This document shows positions 1-10,026 of a stretch of 64,000 nt of DNA, in pieces. How positions within the stretch are numbered: the stretch's first letter is position 1; each line of letters starts with the position of its first letter. The stretch is from positions 1 through 64,000 of IMG/VR virus record IMGVR_UViG_3300014208_000031; one strand, written 5' to 3'. Origin of the DNA: a virus. Below the pieces are notes generated by a model. The model saw only the letters and a program-made list of their open reading frames with translations. It did not search any database and was not told the origin of the DNA. The position numbers and the translations under genes were made by a program.

Positions 1-122
1 AAAATAAAAGATGGCTGGTATTGGAAGAAAAATGAAAAAGGCGAATGGGTAAAAGACCGTCCAACCAAGAAAACTAAAGATTAAATCAGTAAAAGACCAA
101 TAACAATTAAAAAAATAAAATT

Positions 123-1496
123 ATGAAACCTACTGAAATTAAAATCATTAAACAAGCTAAAAAACTATTTAAGCCATTTTGGAATGAAAATGTAAATGTC
201 ACGCCGGCTTCTGCCCTAAGAATCCGCGCGGACATGATTGAATTTTTTAATTTAGTGAAAGAAGAATATATGTATAAACTTCAAAATAAAGAAAAAGTTG
301 AAATTAGTGATGAGTTTTTAACTGAATTAATTAAAGTTGTTCCACAAACTTATCGAGTCCATATTTTTATTGGATTGGTTAATGGAGTGAGTAAGACGTT
401 AGAATTAATTTAATCAATAAAAGATGATTAGTTTAATAGCGGCGACTAAAGCAAGTATTTTATCACTAGCATTATTCGCCAATCTTAACGGATTTAATTA
501 TAATCCGAGTGTTATTAGCGATTATACTTTGTGCGAAATGACTATGGATGTTAAAGTTTTATATATTAAACGGTATAAAAATGGGGACATTGGATATTTG
601 ACTGAAAAGGGCGGGCAAATTAATATTGTTAGATTAAAAAGTGGACAGTACTTGGTTGAAGAAATAGATTTTAAAAATAAATGAAATTTTCCGGCAAAGA
701 ACTATTTAATCTAGGCATTCCTCAAAACAAAATTAAGCTATTTGTTAATAGGGAATTTGAAAACCTAGAATCTTTGTTTAACGAGTTAAATAAACAAGAA
801 GTTAAGGATAAAGAAGTCACAGGCATTTCTATACTAGAATTTATTTGGAAACATTTTAAAAGCATTTTGCCGTGGATGAATAACGGCGATTTACCAGTTA
901 AAATGAGTAAGAGTGAATTAAAAAGGGTTATGGATAATAGCGGATTATTATTTAATGGCCGCCGACCAAACTCTAAAGATGTTTTTGATTTAGACGCTGA
1001 TTTTCCTATCAAAGAACTAATTTGGTTTCCCAATAGTAAAGAAAAGAAAACTACTTGGATTTAATAATTTATGAATAAATTCGACATTATAATCTATAAA
1101 CTATTTATTTGGTGGTTGGAGCCAAAATTAATTAGTAATCCAAAACTTGCACGATGTTTTCAACAATTTATTAATCATTGGTGTCAAAAACATTTGGATT
1201 GAGCCGCGGGATAACTTTTTAAAATAAAACTAAATAATATGATTGTTCAAAAATTCTATTGGACTAATATTAATAACTTTGAAGTGTCCGCCCGATATGT
1301 AGGGCATGGAGATTTTGAAGATTTTAAAGTAGTTTTTAAATATCCGGGGATTTTATTCAAACTAATTAAATGTGATCCGGGCGAGACTATTGAAGTAACA
1401 GGCGACGAAGGAATTAAAGAAAAATATAAAGCACCTGATGAAAATGAAATTATTAGGAGTTTAATTAATAAGGCTATTGAAAATAATAAACCTTAA
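123..1496 (+). CDS. Cluster of small hypothetical early ORFs (123-413, 424-684, 681-1064, 1239-1496)
   Basis: Tightly packed co-oriented ORFs with A-rich leaders. No recognisable family except 681-1064, listed separately. Confidence 0.65.
681..1064 (+). CDS. Hypothetical protein with possible C-terminal S4-like RNA-binding motif
   Basis: KMSKSELKRVMDNSGLLFNG resembles the S4 signature S(K/R)SEARRLIxxGGVxING. Confidence 0.4.
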   Translation: MKFSGKELFNLGIPQNKIKLFVNREFENLESLFNELNKQEVKDKEVTGISILEFIWKHFKSILPWMNNGDLPVKMSKSELKRVMDNSGLLFNGRRPNSKDVFDLDADFPIKELIWFPNSKEKKTTWI

Positions 1497-1554
1497 AACT
1501 TTGGTTTTAAATTTGATAAATAAAGGATATACTTTTAAGTAAATAAATTTTAAA

Positions 1555-1646
1555 GTCCCGTGCCCCGCTCAAACGCTTCTAACGTTTTGCACATTAAATA
1601 CCGGCGGATAATCGTGTACGGGGTGAGATACCTCCACGGGACACCA
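1555..1646 (+). ncRNA. Non-canonical tRNA-like RNA, anticodon UCU (Arg), D-armless, 8/4 acceptor/T stems, long variable arm, encoded CCA
   Basis: GTCCCGTG/CACGGGAC stem followed by A-CCA; AAACG-CTTCTAA-CGTTT anticodon arm; TGCAC-ATTA...TAAT-C-GTGTA variable arm; GGGG-TGAGATA-CCTC T arm. Confidence 0.75.
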
Positions 1647-1665
1647 TTTCCAAATAAATAATAAC

Positions 1666-1947
1666 ATGAAACTTTTTAGTTTTAAATTACAATACAATCA
1701 GGGAGTTTATCACGATAGCGAATGGGAGAGAGATATTATTACTCCAACTCAAATTACGGTATTAGCTGAAAATATTAAGTCCGCGCGGACGAAAGTAATA
1801 GATTTTATGGCTGATATTTTCAAAAGGGATTATAAATATTGCAGTAATTTAAAAGTAATGGTAAATCTGGAATTGGAAAGGTTGAATGAAAATCTAAAAG
1901 AATATAAAGAGGGTGAAGAAATTATTTATGTTAGTGGAGAAGAATAA
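1666..1947 (+). CDS. Hypothetical protein
   Basis: 93-aa ORF with A-rich leader. Confidence 0.6.
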   Translation: MKLFSFKLQYNQGVYHDSEWERDIITPTQITVLAENIKSARTKVIDFMADIFKRDYKYCSNLKVMVNLELERLNENLKEYKEGEEIIYVSGEE

Positions 1948-1960
1948 AAAAACAAAAATC

Positions 1961-2200
1961 ATGAAACACATTCCTAATCTAATAATCTTAATTTTGTGGG
2001 TGGCTATGTTTGTCGTTGGAATAATTAAACAAGACTACCTAACATTTCCTTTAATGTATTTATCGTGCGGAATGGTAGTCGCGGCAATTGGAATATTACA
2101 AAATAATCGTTTTTATCCTAAAATAATTCTATTTTGGCTGCCCGGATTATTTAGTGATAAATTAACTAATTGGATTTTGAATATTAAAAATAATGAATAA
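1961..2200 (+). CDS. Small membrane protein (2 TM); likely start MKHIPN at 1961
   Basis: Two hydrophobic stretches; the internal ATG avoids overlap with the upstream gene. Confidence 0.55.
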   Translation: MKHIPNLIILILWVAMFVVGIIKQDYLTFPLMYLSCGMVVAAIGILQNNRFYPKIILFWLPGLFSDKLTNWILNIKNNE

Positions 2201-2861
2201 ACATTTATACGTTTTGGGTGATATTCATGGTGAATTTGGTCAAATTAAACAATCTCTATTAAAACTAAATAAAAATCATTGGCCCGGCGATAGTTTTAGT
2301 TTAATTCAACTAGGAGATATGGGAATTGGATTTCCGCCGATGGAAAAACATCATGGAATTTGGCTATCAATTAAAGGTGAGCCGCGCGACCCTAAAGACT
2401 TTCCTAATAATTTTCATTTCATTAGGGGTAATCACGATAATTTAAAATATTGTAATAAATATCCTAATTACTTGGGAGATTATGGATTTAATAACGATTT
2501 AGGTATCTTTTATGTATCCGGCGCGGCATCACATGATAAAGCATTAAGAAAAGAAAATATAGATTGGTGGGCGGACGAAGAATTAAGTAATCAACAATTT
2601 TATGATTGCTTGGATTTGTATAGTAAAATTAAACCCAATATTGTAATTAGTCACGAGCCGCCAGTTGTAGCTCACGCGGCAATAAGAAAAGGCTTAGAGG
2701 TTAATAGTTCTAAAACTTCTCAAGCTTTACAATCTATGTGGGAAATTCATAAGCCTAATTATTGGTATTTTGGACATCACCATCTTATACTCAATAAAAA
2801 TATCCAAGGAACTAATTTTGTTTGTGTGGCTATCAATCAAGTAGTTAAAGTGAAACGATAA
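2193..2861 (+). CDS. Calcineurin-like metallophosphoesterase
   Basis: Ordered motifs LGDIHG, LGD, RGNHD, ISHE, FGHHH. Confidence 0.9.
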   Translation: MNKHLYVLGDIHGEFGQIKQSLLKLNKNHWPGDSFSLIQLGDMGIGFPPMEKHHGIWLSIKGEPRDPKDFPNNFHFIRGNHDNLKYCNKYPNYLGDYGFNNDLGIFYVSGAASHDKALRKENIDWWADEELSNQQFYDCLDLYSKIKPNIVISHEPPVVAHAAIRKGLEVNSSKTSQALQSMWEIHKPNYWYFGHHHLILNKNIQGTNFVCVAINQVVKVKR

Positions 2862-2901
2862 AACAAGTAAATTTGTCCGCCGGAATAAACTAAAAAATGT
2901 C

Positions 2902-2931
2902 TTGACAGAATAGGGTGTTTCGTGATAGAAT
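2902..2931 (+). promoter_or_regulatory. sigma70-like early promoter
   Basis: TTGACA-N18-TAGAAT with an A-rich UP region, upstream of ORF 2980. Confidence 0.7.
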
Positions 2932-2979
2932 AAAAACGAGTGGAAATTTCCACAGTCTAAAACCTAACTAAACAAAACT

Positions 2980-3384
2980 ATGAATACTGCATATAAAAAT
3001 CTTGAACGTCAAACTTTTGAACCAAAGTCGGGAGTTAAATCAAATATGGATTCTGTGGCGCAAAGCATGGTTATTGAACCAGAATACAAAAAATCGTGGG
3101 CATTGCTTCGCCGTAATCCGAAAATTATCGCTGATTCTGTCCGTAATTCTCGCGCCGAGCAAGCCGAAAAGCTTACTAATCTTCTTACTATCTCCGAAAA
3201 ACAAAACTATGGAGTTAAGAAGTTTTTGGTAGTTAAGAAATTTCAAGGCTTGTTCGCGCCGATTGGATTCCGTCGGACGTTCAAGAAAATTGAAGATGTT
3301 ATTAAATTTGCTGCCACTGAAAATCGACAAACCGTGCGAGTTATTACTGGCGCAGTTAAAAAAGACTACCCAGTTAATAACTAA
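2980..3384 (+). CDS. Hypothetical basic early protein
   Basis: 134-aa ORF directly after the promoter, leader CTAACTAAACAAAACTATG. Confidence 0.7.
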   Translation: MNTAYKNLERQTFEPKSGVKSNMDSVAQSMVIEPEYKKSWALLRRNPKIIADSVRNSRAEQAEKLTNLLTISEKQNYGVKKFLVVKKFQGLFAPIGFRRTFKKIEDVIKFAATENRQTVRVITGAVKKDYPVNN

Positions 3385-3396
3385 ATAAACAATTTC

Positions 3397-3480
3397 GGGA
3401 TAGTGGTGGAACTGGATTACACAAGAGACTCAAAATCTCTCGGCAGAAATGCCATGCGGGTTCGACCCCCGCCTATCCCA
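3397..3480 (+). tRNA. trnL: tRNA-Leu(CAA)
   Basis: GGGATAG/CTATCCC acceptor, AGAGA-CTCAAAA-TCTCT anticodon arm, class II variable arm GGCA-GAAA-TGCC, GCGGG-TTCGACC-CCCGC T arm, discriminator A; CCA not encoded. Confidence 0.95.
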
Positions 3481-3503
3481 TATTTAACTAAATAAAACAA
3501 CCT

Positions 3504-3942
3504 ATGGACGCCAACGAATATCAAATTATTAAACTAACGTGTATTACGGAAGAAATTCAAAGTCTTAGCTGTGTGGAAATGGCGCAAAGACAATGGACAA
3601 TGGGGCGGCTACGTTTGGGAATTATTGCTTTGCGCGCAGATGCCGATAAAATCCGCCCGATTAATCCTGTTTTGTATGGTTTGATTAACAATTATAAGTA
3701 AAAATATGACTACTCAACCTAAATCTCAAAAAACTAAAGTTAAAGTAACAATCAAATACAGAATTTATTCTGTGGATGAAAAAGGAATGTTAAACCGCCC
3801 TCTTCATTCTGGATATGGTGGGAATGATTATCCTAAATATGATGATAGTAATTCAATTGAAGAAGCCGCGCGGCTAATTGAAGAAGCTGGGGATTATTCT
3901 GAATATATTATTCTTCCTGTAACAAATAGTAGTATTGGCTGA
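3504..3942 (+). CDS. Two hypothetical ORFs (3504-3701, 3706-3942)
   Basis: Co-oriented, closely spaced ORFs. Confidence 0.6.
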
Positions 3943-4048
3943 TTAACTAATTTTAAATACAAAATATGGATCATATTATTAATTCTCTTATAATTAGTTG
4001 TGTCTGTGCAGTAATTAATCTTTATATTACAATAAGAAATCTGATTAA

Positions 4049-4438
4049 ATGTCTATGAACTCTTTCTCTCAAGTAAATAAATCAGCTAAACGGGTTAGTA
4101 ATTGCTGCATTGCTGATCTAGCAACAGATAAGGAATATAAAAAATATATTTGTTGTAAATGTGGTAACAATTGCGAAACTATTTCTTTCTATGAACAACT
4201 AACTGAAAACCTAAGTAATATATTTTTAGGTGAGAAAATTCATTTAGATATTATGGATGAATCCGGCGGATTTAGAAATTCTGAAATTCTTATTCCAGCT
4301 AACAAAAAGATTACTAAAAGTTTAATTCAAAAAGTGGCAGCGAATTATCAAACTGCTGAATGCGACCCATCACCTATCCGAAATAAATTGCGTGAATATA
4401 TTAGTAAAACAGCCGCGCAGTTTGGAGTGGAATATTAA
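4049..4438 (+). CDS. Zn-ribbon fused to a stand-alone fragment resembling the RpoB lineage-specific insertion of Verrucomicrobia
   Basis: N-terminal SNCC...CCKC..C. The C-terminal LTENLSNIFLGEKIHLD...EILIPANKKITKSL...DPSPIRNKLREYI matches my recollection of Verrucomicrobia RpoB (LTE.LS.ILLGEKIPLDVV...EIIIPANRKITKTLL...DPSPIRNKI.EII). Confidence 0.7.
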   Translation: MSMNSFSQVNKSAKRVSNCCIADLATDKEYKKYICCKCGNNCETISFYEQLTENLSNIFLGEKIHLDIMDESGGFRNSEILIPANKKITKSLIQKVAANYQTAECDPSPIRNKLREYISKTAAQFGVEY

Positions 4439-4450
4439 ACATTAAAAACT

Positions 4451-5341
4451 ATGAATATCCAATCAATCAAAACAGATACTTGTGAATTCTCAATAGGAAA
4501 TTTAGTAACGGCGGATCATCCTATCACGGTTTTAAATCCAGATAGAAATTTTAAAATATTTCAAATTGAATGTGATTCCCGGCACGTAAGAGTCCGCGGC
4601 GAAAATACTATGTGGTTTGGAGAATCATTAGTTACAAAAGTAAAAGAATAGTTAAAAAATGAGAAATTTATCCTTACTAATGTGTATCGGCGCGGCTTTT
4701 ACGATTCACTCTTATCCACCCGAATTTAACTATACAATTAATAATTTAAACAAGGGTGCCGGGCGGCGGACAAAACGAAAAGTGAAAGGTTGTTCTTTTG
4801 GTCAAAGTGCTGGTCAAAAGCTAAATAAAAAATATGGATAAACTTTTCCTAACAAGAAAAAGCTACGATTATATCGTAACAAACTATCATAATTTAGCAC
4901 GGCGGTTACAAAAAGAATTTACTGTAAGAAATTGGAGTGTTGCCGGAGTTACTTATCATGGAATTAGTAATGAATTGGTAAAGGAAGTTGAGAAAAAGTT
5001 ATCTGAACAACCAGTATTAAAAGAATAAATAAAATATTATGGCACAATTTAAATATATTATTGTTGATTTGGGCGATGGGATTGAAATGCCTATCATTTT
5101 CTCTAAACTAATTAAACATGATTATATGGCAGGGAAAATGGGCGGGGTTCAATTAGTAAAGTCCGCCGGGTTTTTTAATATAGAAACGCAAGAATGTATT
5201 GCCCAAGATAATTTGGGCAATGATAAAGATGGAACCGAATTTATATTCTTTTGTTATGGAGAAAGTATTGGCTTAAAGGTAAAATCGCGCGGACAAGTTG
5301 ATTCAGATATTATTAAAAAAGATTATCAATTTGAAGTTTAA
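4451..5341 (+). CDS. Four small hypothetical ORFs (4451-4651, 4659-4841, 4834-5028, 5039-5341)
   Basis: Contiguous co-oriented ORFs. Confidence 0.6.
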
Positions 5342-5343
5342 AC

Positions 5344-5658
5344 ATGAAAACTAATAATACTCCCAATTACGATAATATCCGCGCAGCCTTAAATTCAGTA
5401 GGTAATAAACTGTTTAGAATTAAATTTACTAAACGTTCAAATGGGGAGGTTCGCGAAATGGTAGCTAGGCAAAAAGTCCGCGCGCATTTGAAGGGCGGAC
5501 AATTAAATTACGACCCTAAACAACATAATATTATTACTGTTTTTGAGTTTTTGACGGCCAAAAATAAAGAATTAGGTAAAAAGGCTGGGTATAAATCAAT
5601 TCCAGTAGAGAACATTTTAGAGATTCAGCTCGGCGGACAAGTATTTAAGTTTGACTAA
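5344..5658 (+). CDS. WYL-like/SH3 beta-barrel phage protein (DUF2693-like)
   Basis: Pattern FRIKFTKRSNGEVREM...ITVFE...YKSIPVENILEI. Confidence 0.6.
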   Translation: MKTNNTPNYDNIRAALNSVGNKLFRIKFTKRSNGEVREMVARQKVRAHLKGGQLNYDPKQHNIITVFEFLTAKNKELGKKAGYKSIPVENILEIQLGGQVFKFD

Positions 5659-5829
5659 TTATGGTTACTTATAAAATCACCGGGTTACTATACAATAGTA
5701 AAAAGAGATTCACGCGGACTACTGAAAATTTCATGTTAGCTATGGGGATTAATTTGTGGCGCGGGTCTGTTTGGAAAGTAACTAATGGTAAGAAAAAATT
5801 GATTAAACGGGTAATTAATTAAAAAATAT

Positions 5830-7076
5830 ATGAAATATCAAGTATTTGACAACGATTTACCTGCCGATTGCCATCATCACAAAATCCTCGAAAGTTGGAG
5901 TAATAGTATTTTCAATTCTTATTTAGAAGCCGTGGATTATTGTATCCAATGGCTAGGTTTAGACCCGCTATGCTTAACTAAAGAAGAATTTTCAGTAAAT
6001 ATTCCAGTTAATACTAAATATGATTATTCTGGATATGGAGATATTTTGGAAATCCGTGAAATTAACTCAGAAAATAATCCGCCGGATTATTCAAACGATA
6101 AACAAATTAAAGAGGTTAAAGGAATTGTCCGCCGGGAAAATGAAGTCGCGTAAAAATAAATAATATGAAAAAATCTAATTATATTCGTAACTGGTGGTTT
6201 AATAACTGTAATCAAAATACGTCCCGGCGCATGCTATGGCCGCCTAGTTGGTATTAAAATTTTATGAATTACACAACTTTAACTCAAAACTTTGAAATCG
6301 CGGGAGTTAATGTAGAATTTACTGATCGAGTATTTTTTGTCCATACGCCTTTGGTCGGGCGGTTTTCTTTTGGTCCGATAACTAATTCTATTAGTAATAT
6401 TAAATCCTGGAATTGGTAAGTAAAAATCGCGGATTAAACTACGGAAATAAATCTTGACAGAATTTTCCCGGCGTGGTAAAGTGGTTTTACCTATGAGCAC
6501 AAAATCCATTATCGCAACCATTCTTAATGAAAATCATGTTAATTATTTGATTGATTTAAAATTTGTTTCTTGGGAGGAAGCGTATCGCTGGATGTTTTCT
6601 CTTATTTCTATTGAACAATTTGAATATAATGAATTTTCCTTTGTTGAGGAATAAATAACTAACAAAATCAAAAATATGAAAATGAACGATACTGTTAAAA
6701 ATAAAACCGGAATTTATGATAATTATCGCCATATTGATCCGGGGACTAAAGGAATAGTAATTGGATTAAGTAAATCAAAAGCATTAGTCTCTTTTGAGAT
6801 TTCCGCCGAGACTCACCAAATGGCATTGGTTAGCCAAAATGATTTAGAAAAAATAAAATAACTATGAACTGGAAATTTGTCACCCCTGAAATCCTATTAA
6901 ATATCAATTATCTATTTAGATTTAAAAAGATAACCGACGAATATGATTATGATTACGGATTCGCGCGACTTAACGGTGATGGTATTTTAGTACTGAAAAT
7001 GAAAGGTGAAATGAAAGTCGGTTGGGATTATCAAATAAATCCTAATCAAATAGAGTATAGTTTAATTCCAGAATAA
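5830..7076 (+). CDS. Small hypothetical ORFs (5830-6153, 6493-6654, 6676-6861, 6864-7076)
   Basis: Co-oriented ORFs. The track ORF starting at 6454 probably starts at ATG 6493, because 6454 is the -35 box. Confidence 0.55.
6454..6482 (+). promoter_or_regulatory. sigma70-like early promoter (extended -10)
   Basis: TTGACA-N17-TAAAGT preceded by TGG. Confidence 0.75.
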
Positions 7077-7246
7077 CATGAAACTAATCAATTTATTCCA
7101 AAAACTTCATCCAGTCGCCCGGCAATTTATAATTATAGATATTCATATTTTGGTTTTCTGGTTGATTAACAAGTAACTTTAAAATTAACTAACAAACAAA
7201 TTTATCCGCCGAAAAAATAGGTAAAGTTACGGGCTGAAAATTTCTA

Positions 7247-7275
7247 TTGACAGCCCGGCGGATTTATGAGACAGT
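7247..7275 (+). promoter_or_regulatory. Probable sigma70-like early promoter
   Basis: TTGACA with weak -10 (TGA-GACAGT); upstream TCCGCCG-AAAAAATAG element shared with the 8096 promoter. Confidence 0.45.
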
Positions 7276-7308
7276 TTTTCTCACCTGACTCTTCAATCTC
7301 AAAAACCT

Positions 7309-8059
7309 ATGAACGAATACGATTTTAACTATCTCGAATACTATATTAATTGGGTTAGTAAGTTTCTTAACTAATAATAAAATAACATGAAATACATTTT
7401 TTCATCAGTAGCGGCAATCCTAATTATTGCTTCGTTTGGAATGACACAAGGAAATTACGGAGTATTTATTATCGGTTTTCTTATTTTTCTTCTTGGGTCA
7501 CTATGGGAAGAACATAGGAAAAAGTAGTAAGTAACTAACAATTTCAGTAAATAAACAAGCAAGCGCAAACCTAAACCCACAAAATAATAAAAGTATGAAA
7601 ATCAAAAGGAAAAATCTAAATAGTTTGGCCAATTGTCTAGCTTATCACGTTCAAGACGTTTTGGATAATATTTCGCATAATAAGTTTTCCCTTAAACACA
7701 CAGAAAAACATATTAAGAAAGTAATTATTGCATATACTAAAAATGGTAAACCGCTAGTCAAATCTTCCAAGTAATTTTAACTTAACTAATCAAGTAGTCT
7801 ATAAAAAGAAAAACTAATCAGTTAAGTTAAAATATGGAACTATCTATTATTTTTGGAATTATTGTTCTAGGTAAAATGTTTTTCGATGGAGGAAACTAAA
7901 ATGAATAAAAATACTTACAAAGTAATTGCAACCGAAGACGATATTACTATTTTTCAGCAGAAAGCCGGACAATTCTGTAATCCGCGAGTTTATAGTGGGT
8001 GGAAAAGTAGAGTTATTAAGTATCTAGTAAATAAAATGTTTAACAGGAAAGAAAACTAA
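7309..8059 (+). CDS. Run of very small ORFs below the track cut-off (starting about 7309, 7388, 7595, 7834, 7900)
   Basis: Read by eye: MNEYDFNYLEYY.., MKYIFSSVAAIL.. (2 TM), MKIKRKNL.., MELSIIFGII.., MNKNTYKV.., each with an A-rich leader. Confidence 0.45.
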
Positions 8060-8095
8060 ATAAATCCGCCGGAAAAAATAGCTAAAAATTTCGAT

Positions 8096-8124
8096 TGACA
8101 AAAACCGCACGGACGGTTTAAGAT
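8096..8124 (+). promoter_or_regulatory. sigma70-like early promoter
   Basis: TTGACA-N17-TAAGAT. Confidence 0.7.
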
Positions 8125-8441
8125 AAATTCCTCACCACTAGACCTAACTCTAGTTACTATGTAAATACTCCAATAATTAATAGTTTGTATAACTATAAGC
8201 CTAGTAGTAGGGTTAAATACTATTACTGACTTAGCCGCACCGTTATTATTATACCAACCTAATAGTAGCTAAAAGCAAAGCTAAGAAAAGATTAAAAAAC
8301 AGCGTCCGAAAATTTGAAGTTAAAATAACTAATAGATTCACAACTTCTTTACTGCCGGACACCCTGATTAAATATCAAACCAATATAGTTTAGGACAATA
8401 AAAACGATTCAAGCCTTTGTTAGTCGTTCTATAAAAGTTAT

Positions 8442-8481
8442 GAGTCCGCCGAGTCACAAGCCCGGCGGATTCTTTTTGTAC
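8442..8481 (+). terminator. Intrinsic terminator
   Basis: GAGTCCGCCG...CGGCGGATTC hairpin followed by TTTTTGTAC. Confidence 0.85.
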
Positions 8482-8566
8482 TAATGATTTATTATACTAA
8501 TACAATTAAATCCTGGTGACTCAAACAAGTAAAAAACACTGGTAAAAAATTTGTGAAAAAATGTGA

Positions 8567-8595
8567 TTGACAGAATTTGTGAGCCGTGGTAAAGT
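8567..8595 (+). promoter_or_regulatory. sigma70-like early promoter (extended -10)
   Basis: TTGACAGAATTT...CGTGG-TAAAGT with 17-bp spacer; very similar to the 6454 promoter. Confidence 0.8.
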
Positions 8596-8613
8596 GTTTT
8601 TGTAAGTGAATCC

Positions 8614-8719
8614 CGATTAGCACTCGATGACAGGAAACTGTCTTTGTGGTAAATAAATAAATCCAATAAATAAAAGGCTCGATGCCACCCTGCGAAGCTT
8701 TGCGGGGAGAGTGAGATCG
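8614..8719 (+). ncRNA. Candidate structured RNA / 5' leader (multi-stem junction)
   Basis: CGAT..CACTC pairs with GAGTG..ATCG and encloses GACAG-GAAA-CTGTC, GTGGTA/TGCCAC and CCTGCGAA/TTTGCGGG stems. Confidence 0.45.
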
Positions 8720-8866
8720 TCTTAGTAATTAGCAAGATAAATAAAGCACTTTTTACTCGGATTAAAAGAGATAGGATTAACTTACAAATTTTCCAGTAAG
8801 GAAATAGTTACTGAAATGTTAGTAAGTAGCTAGTTAGTAAACAAAGTAAATAGAAAACAAATCAAA

Positions 8867-9046
8867 ATGAAGACAAATGAAATTGTCGGATATAAGCAAA
8901 TGGTTAAGCAAGGAAAACTCACGGCGCGCGATGCGTTCAACGCTCTCGTTTCGGAAGCGAGTAAAGGCGGGCAAATTGGCCTTGCGGTTTTTCGTAGCAG
9001 TAAAGCTGCCAAGTGGCTTTGCCGCCGGATTCGTTTCAGCCGCTAA
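8867..9046 (+). CDS. Small basic protein (59 aa, MKTNEIVGYKQMVKQGKLTARDAF...)
   Basis: Read by eye; A-rich leader, higher-GC codons, directly upstream of the histone-like gene. Confidence 0.65.
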   Translation: MKTNEIVGYKQMVKQGKLTARDAFNALVSEASKGGQIGLAVFRSSKAAKWLCRRIRFSR

Positions 9047-9101
9047 TACTAATTAACAACTAACAAGCTAAGTAAATAATCTAACTAGAAAAATCTCTCA
9101 C

Positions 9102-9704
9102 ATGAAAACTAAATATATCAATCCAATGAATGTTTTTCGCCTTCAATCCGCACAAGGGATTAATGGTCAATTTGACAACAAAGGCCGCCCGATTGCGGGA
9201 ACGTTCAATACGCCGACAATCGAAGAATACAATAACGCTATTAAACAAAATAGCTATGTCGGACGCAAGATCGACGAAAACACCGACGCCGTTTCCGCCC
9301 CAAGTAATCCGGCGGCTAATACTAGTAAGGAAAATACTAATAACAAAGTCGAAATCTCCCCGGCTTTGGTTAAGGGGCGTGCAAAGCAATTGAAAAAGAT
9401 TGCCCGCGCTGCCGCGCCGAAAAAGAAATTGTCCGCCCGTGAAAAAACTTTTAATGCTAATAATAAAGCAATGGTGGCGAAAACCAAAGCGGTTGCCAAG
9501 GCGCTTAAAAAGCAAGTGAAGACGGGAATTGTGGTTATCCCGGCAAAGCCAAAGGCCAAGCTTACTAAGAAAGTTACTAAGCCAATTAAAAAGGTTGCTA
9601 AGGTAACTAATAAGAAAGCCGCGCCTGTCAAAAAGGCCGCACCAAAGGCGAACGCTAAAGCGCCGAAGACTAAGGCTAAGGCAAAGTCGAAGGGCAAGAA
9701 GTAA
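9102..9704 (+). CDS. Histone H1/Hc1-like Lys-Ala-Pro-rich DNA-binding protein
   Basis: C-terminal half made of KKAAP/KAKAK repeats. Confidence 0.75.
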   Translation: MKTKYINPMNVFRLQSAQGINGQFDNKGRPIAGTFNTPTIEEYNNAIKQNSYVGRKIDENTDAVSAPSNPAANTSKENTNNKVEISPALVKGRAKQLKKIARAAAPKKKLSAREKTFNANNKAMVAKTKAVAKALKKQVKTGIVVIPAKPKAKLTKKVTKPIKKVAKVTNKKAAPVKKAAPKANAKAPKTKAKAKSKGKK

Positions 9705-9732
9705 TTAGTTAAAAAATAACAATTCTAGGTTT

Positions 9733-9781
9733 CCCCGGTCTGTGCTTTACGAAAAGCATGGATCGGGGTTTTCTTTTGTAC
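9733..9781 (+). terminator. Intrinsic terminator
   Basis: CCCCGGTCTGTGCTTT / AAAGCATGGATCGGGG followed by a T-tract and TGTAC. Confidence 0.85.
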
Positions 9782-10026
9782 TTTTTCTATTTTATAATAA
9801 CCTAATAAATTCCTGGGTTTAACGCGGCGCGGACAAGTAAATAAGGTTTGCCGATAAAGTGGTTTGCGAAAAGAATTTCGCAGAAATTTGTGGCAAGGTG
9901 GTTTGCCTTTTTTCCAGAGTAAATCGCACTTTTTTGAAAATTTTTCTCGCTAGGGAATCAAAATCGTGAGAAAATGATTTCAGGGGAAGCAAAAAGCCGA
10001 ACCGAAAAACCTAAATAAACAAAACA

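Noticed and set aside
8620-8650. Hammerhead ribozyme (CGATGA followed by a hairpin)
   Set aside because: Lacks the CTGATGA core and the GAAA after stem II.
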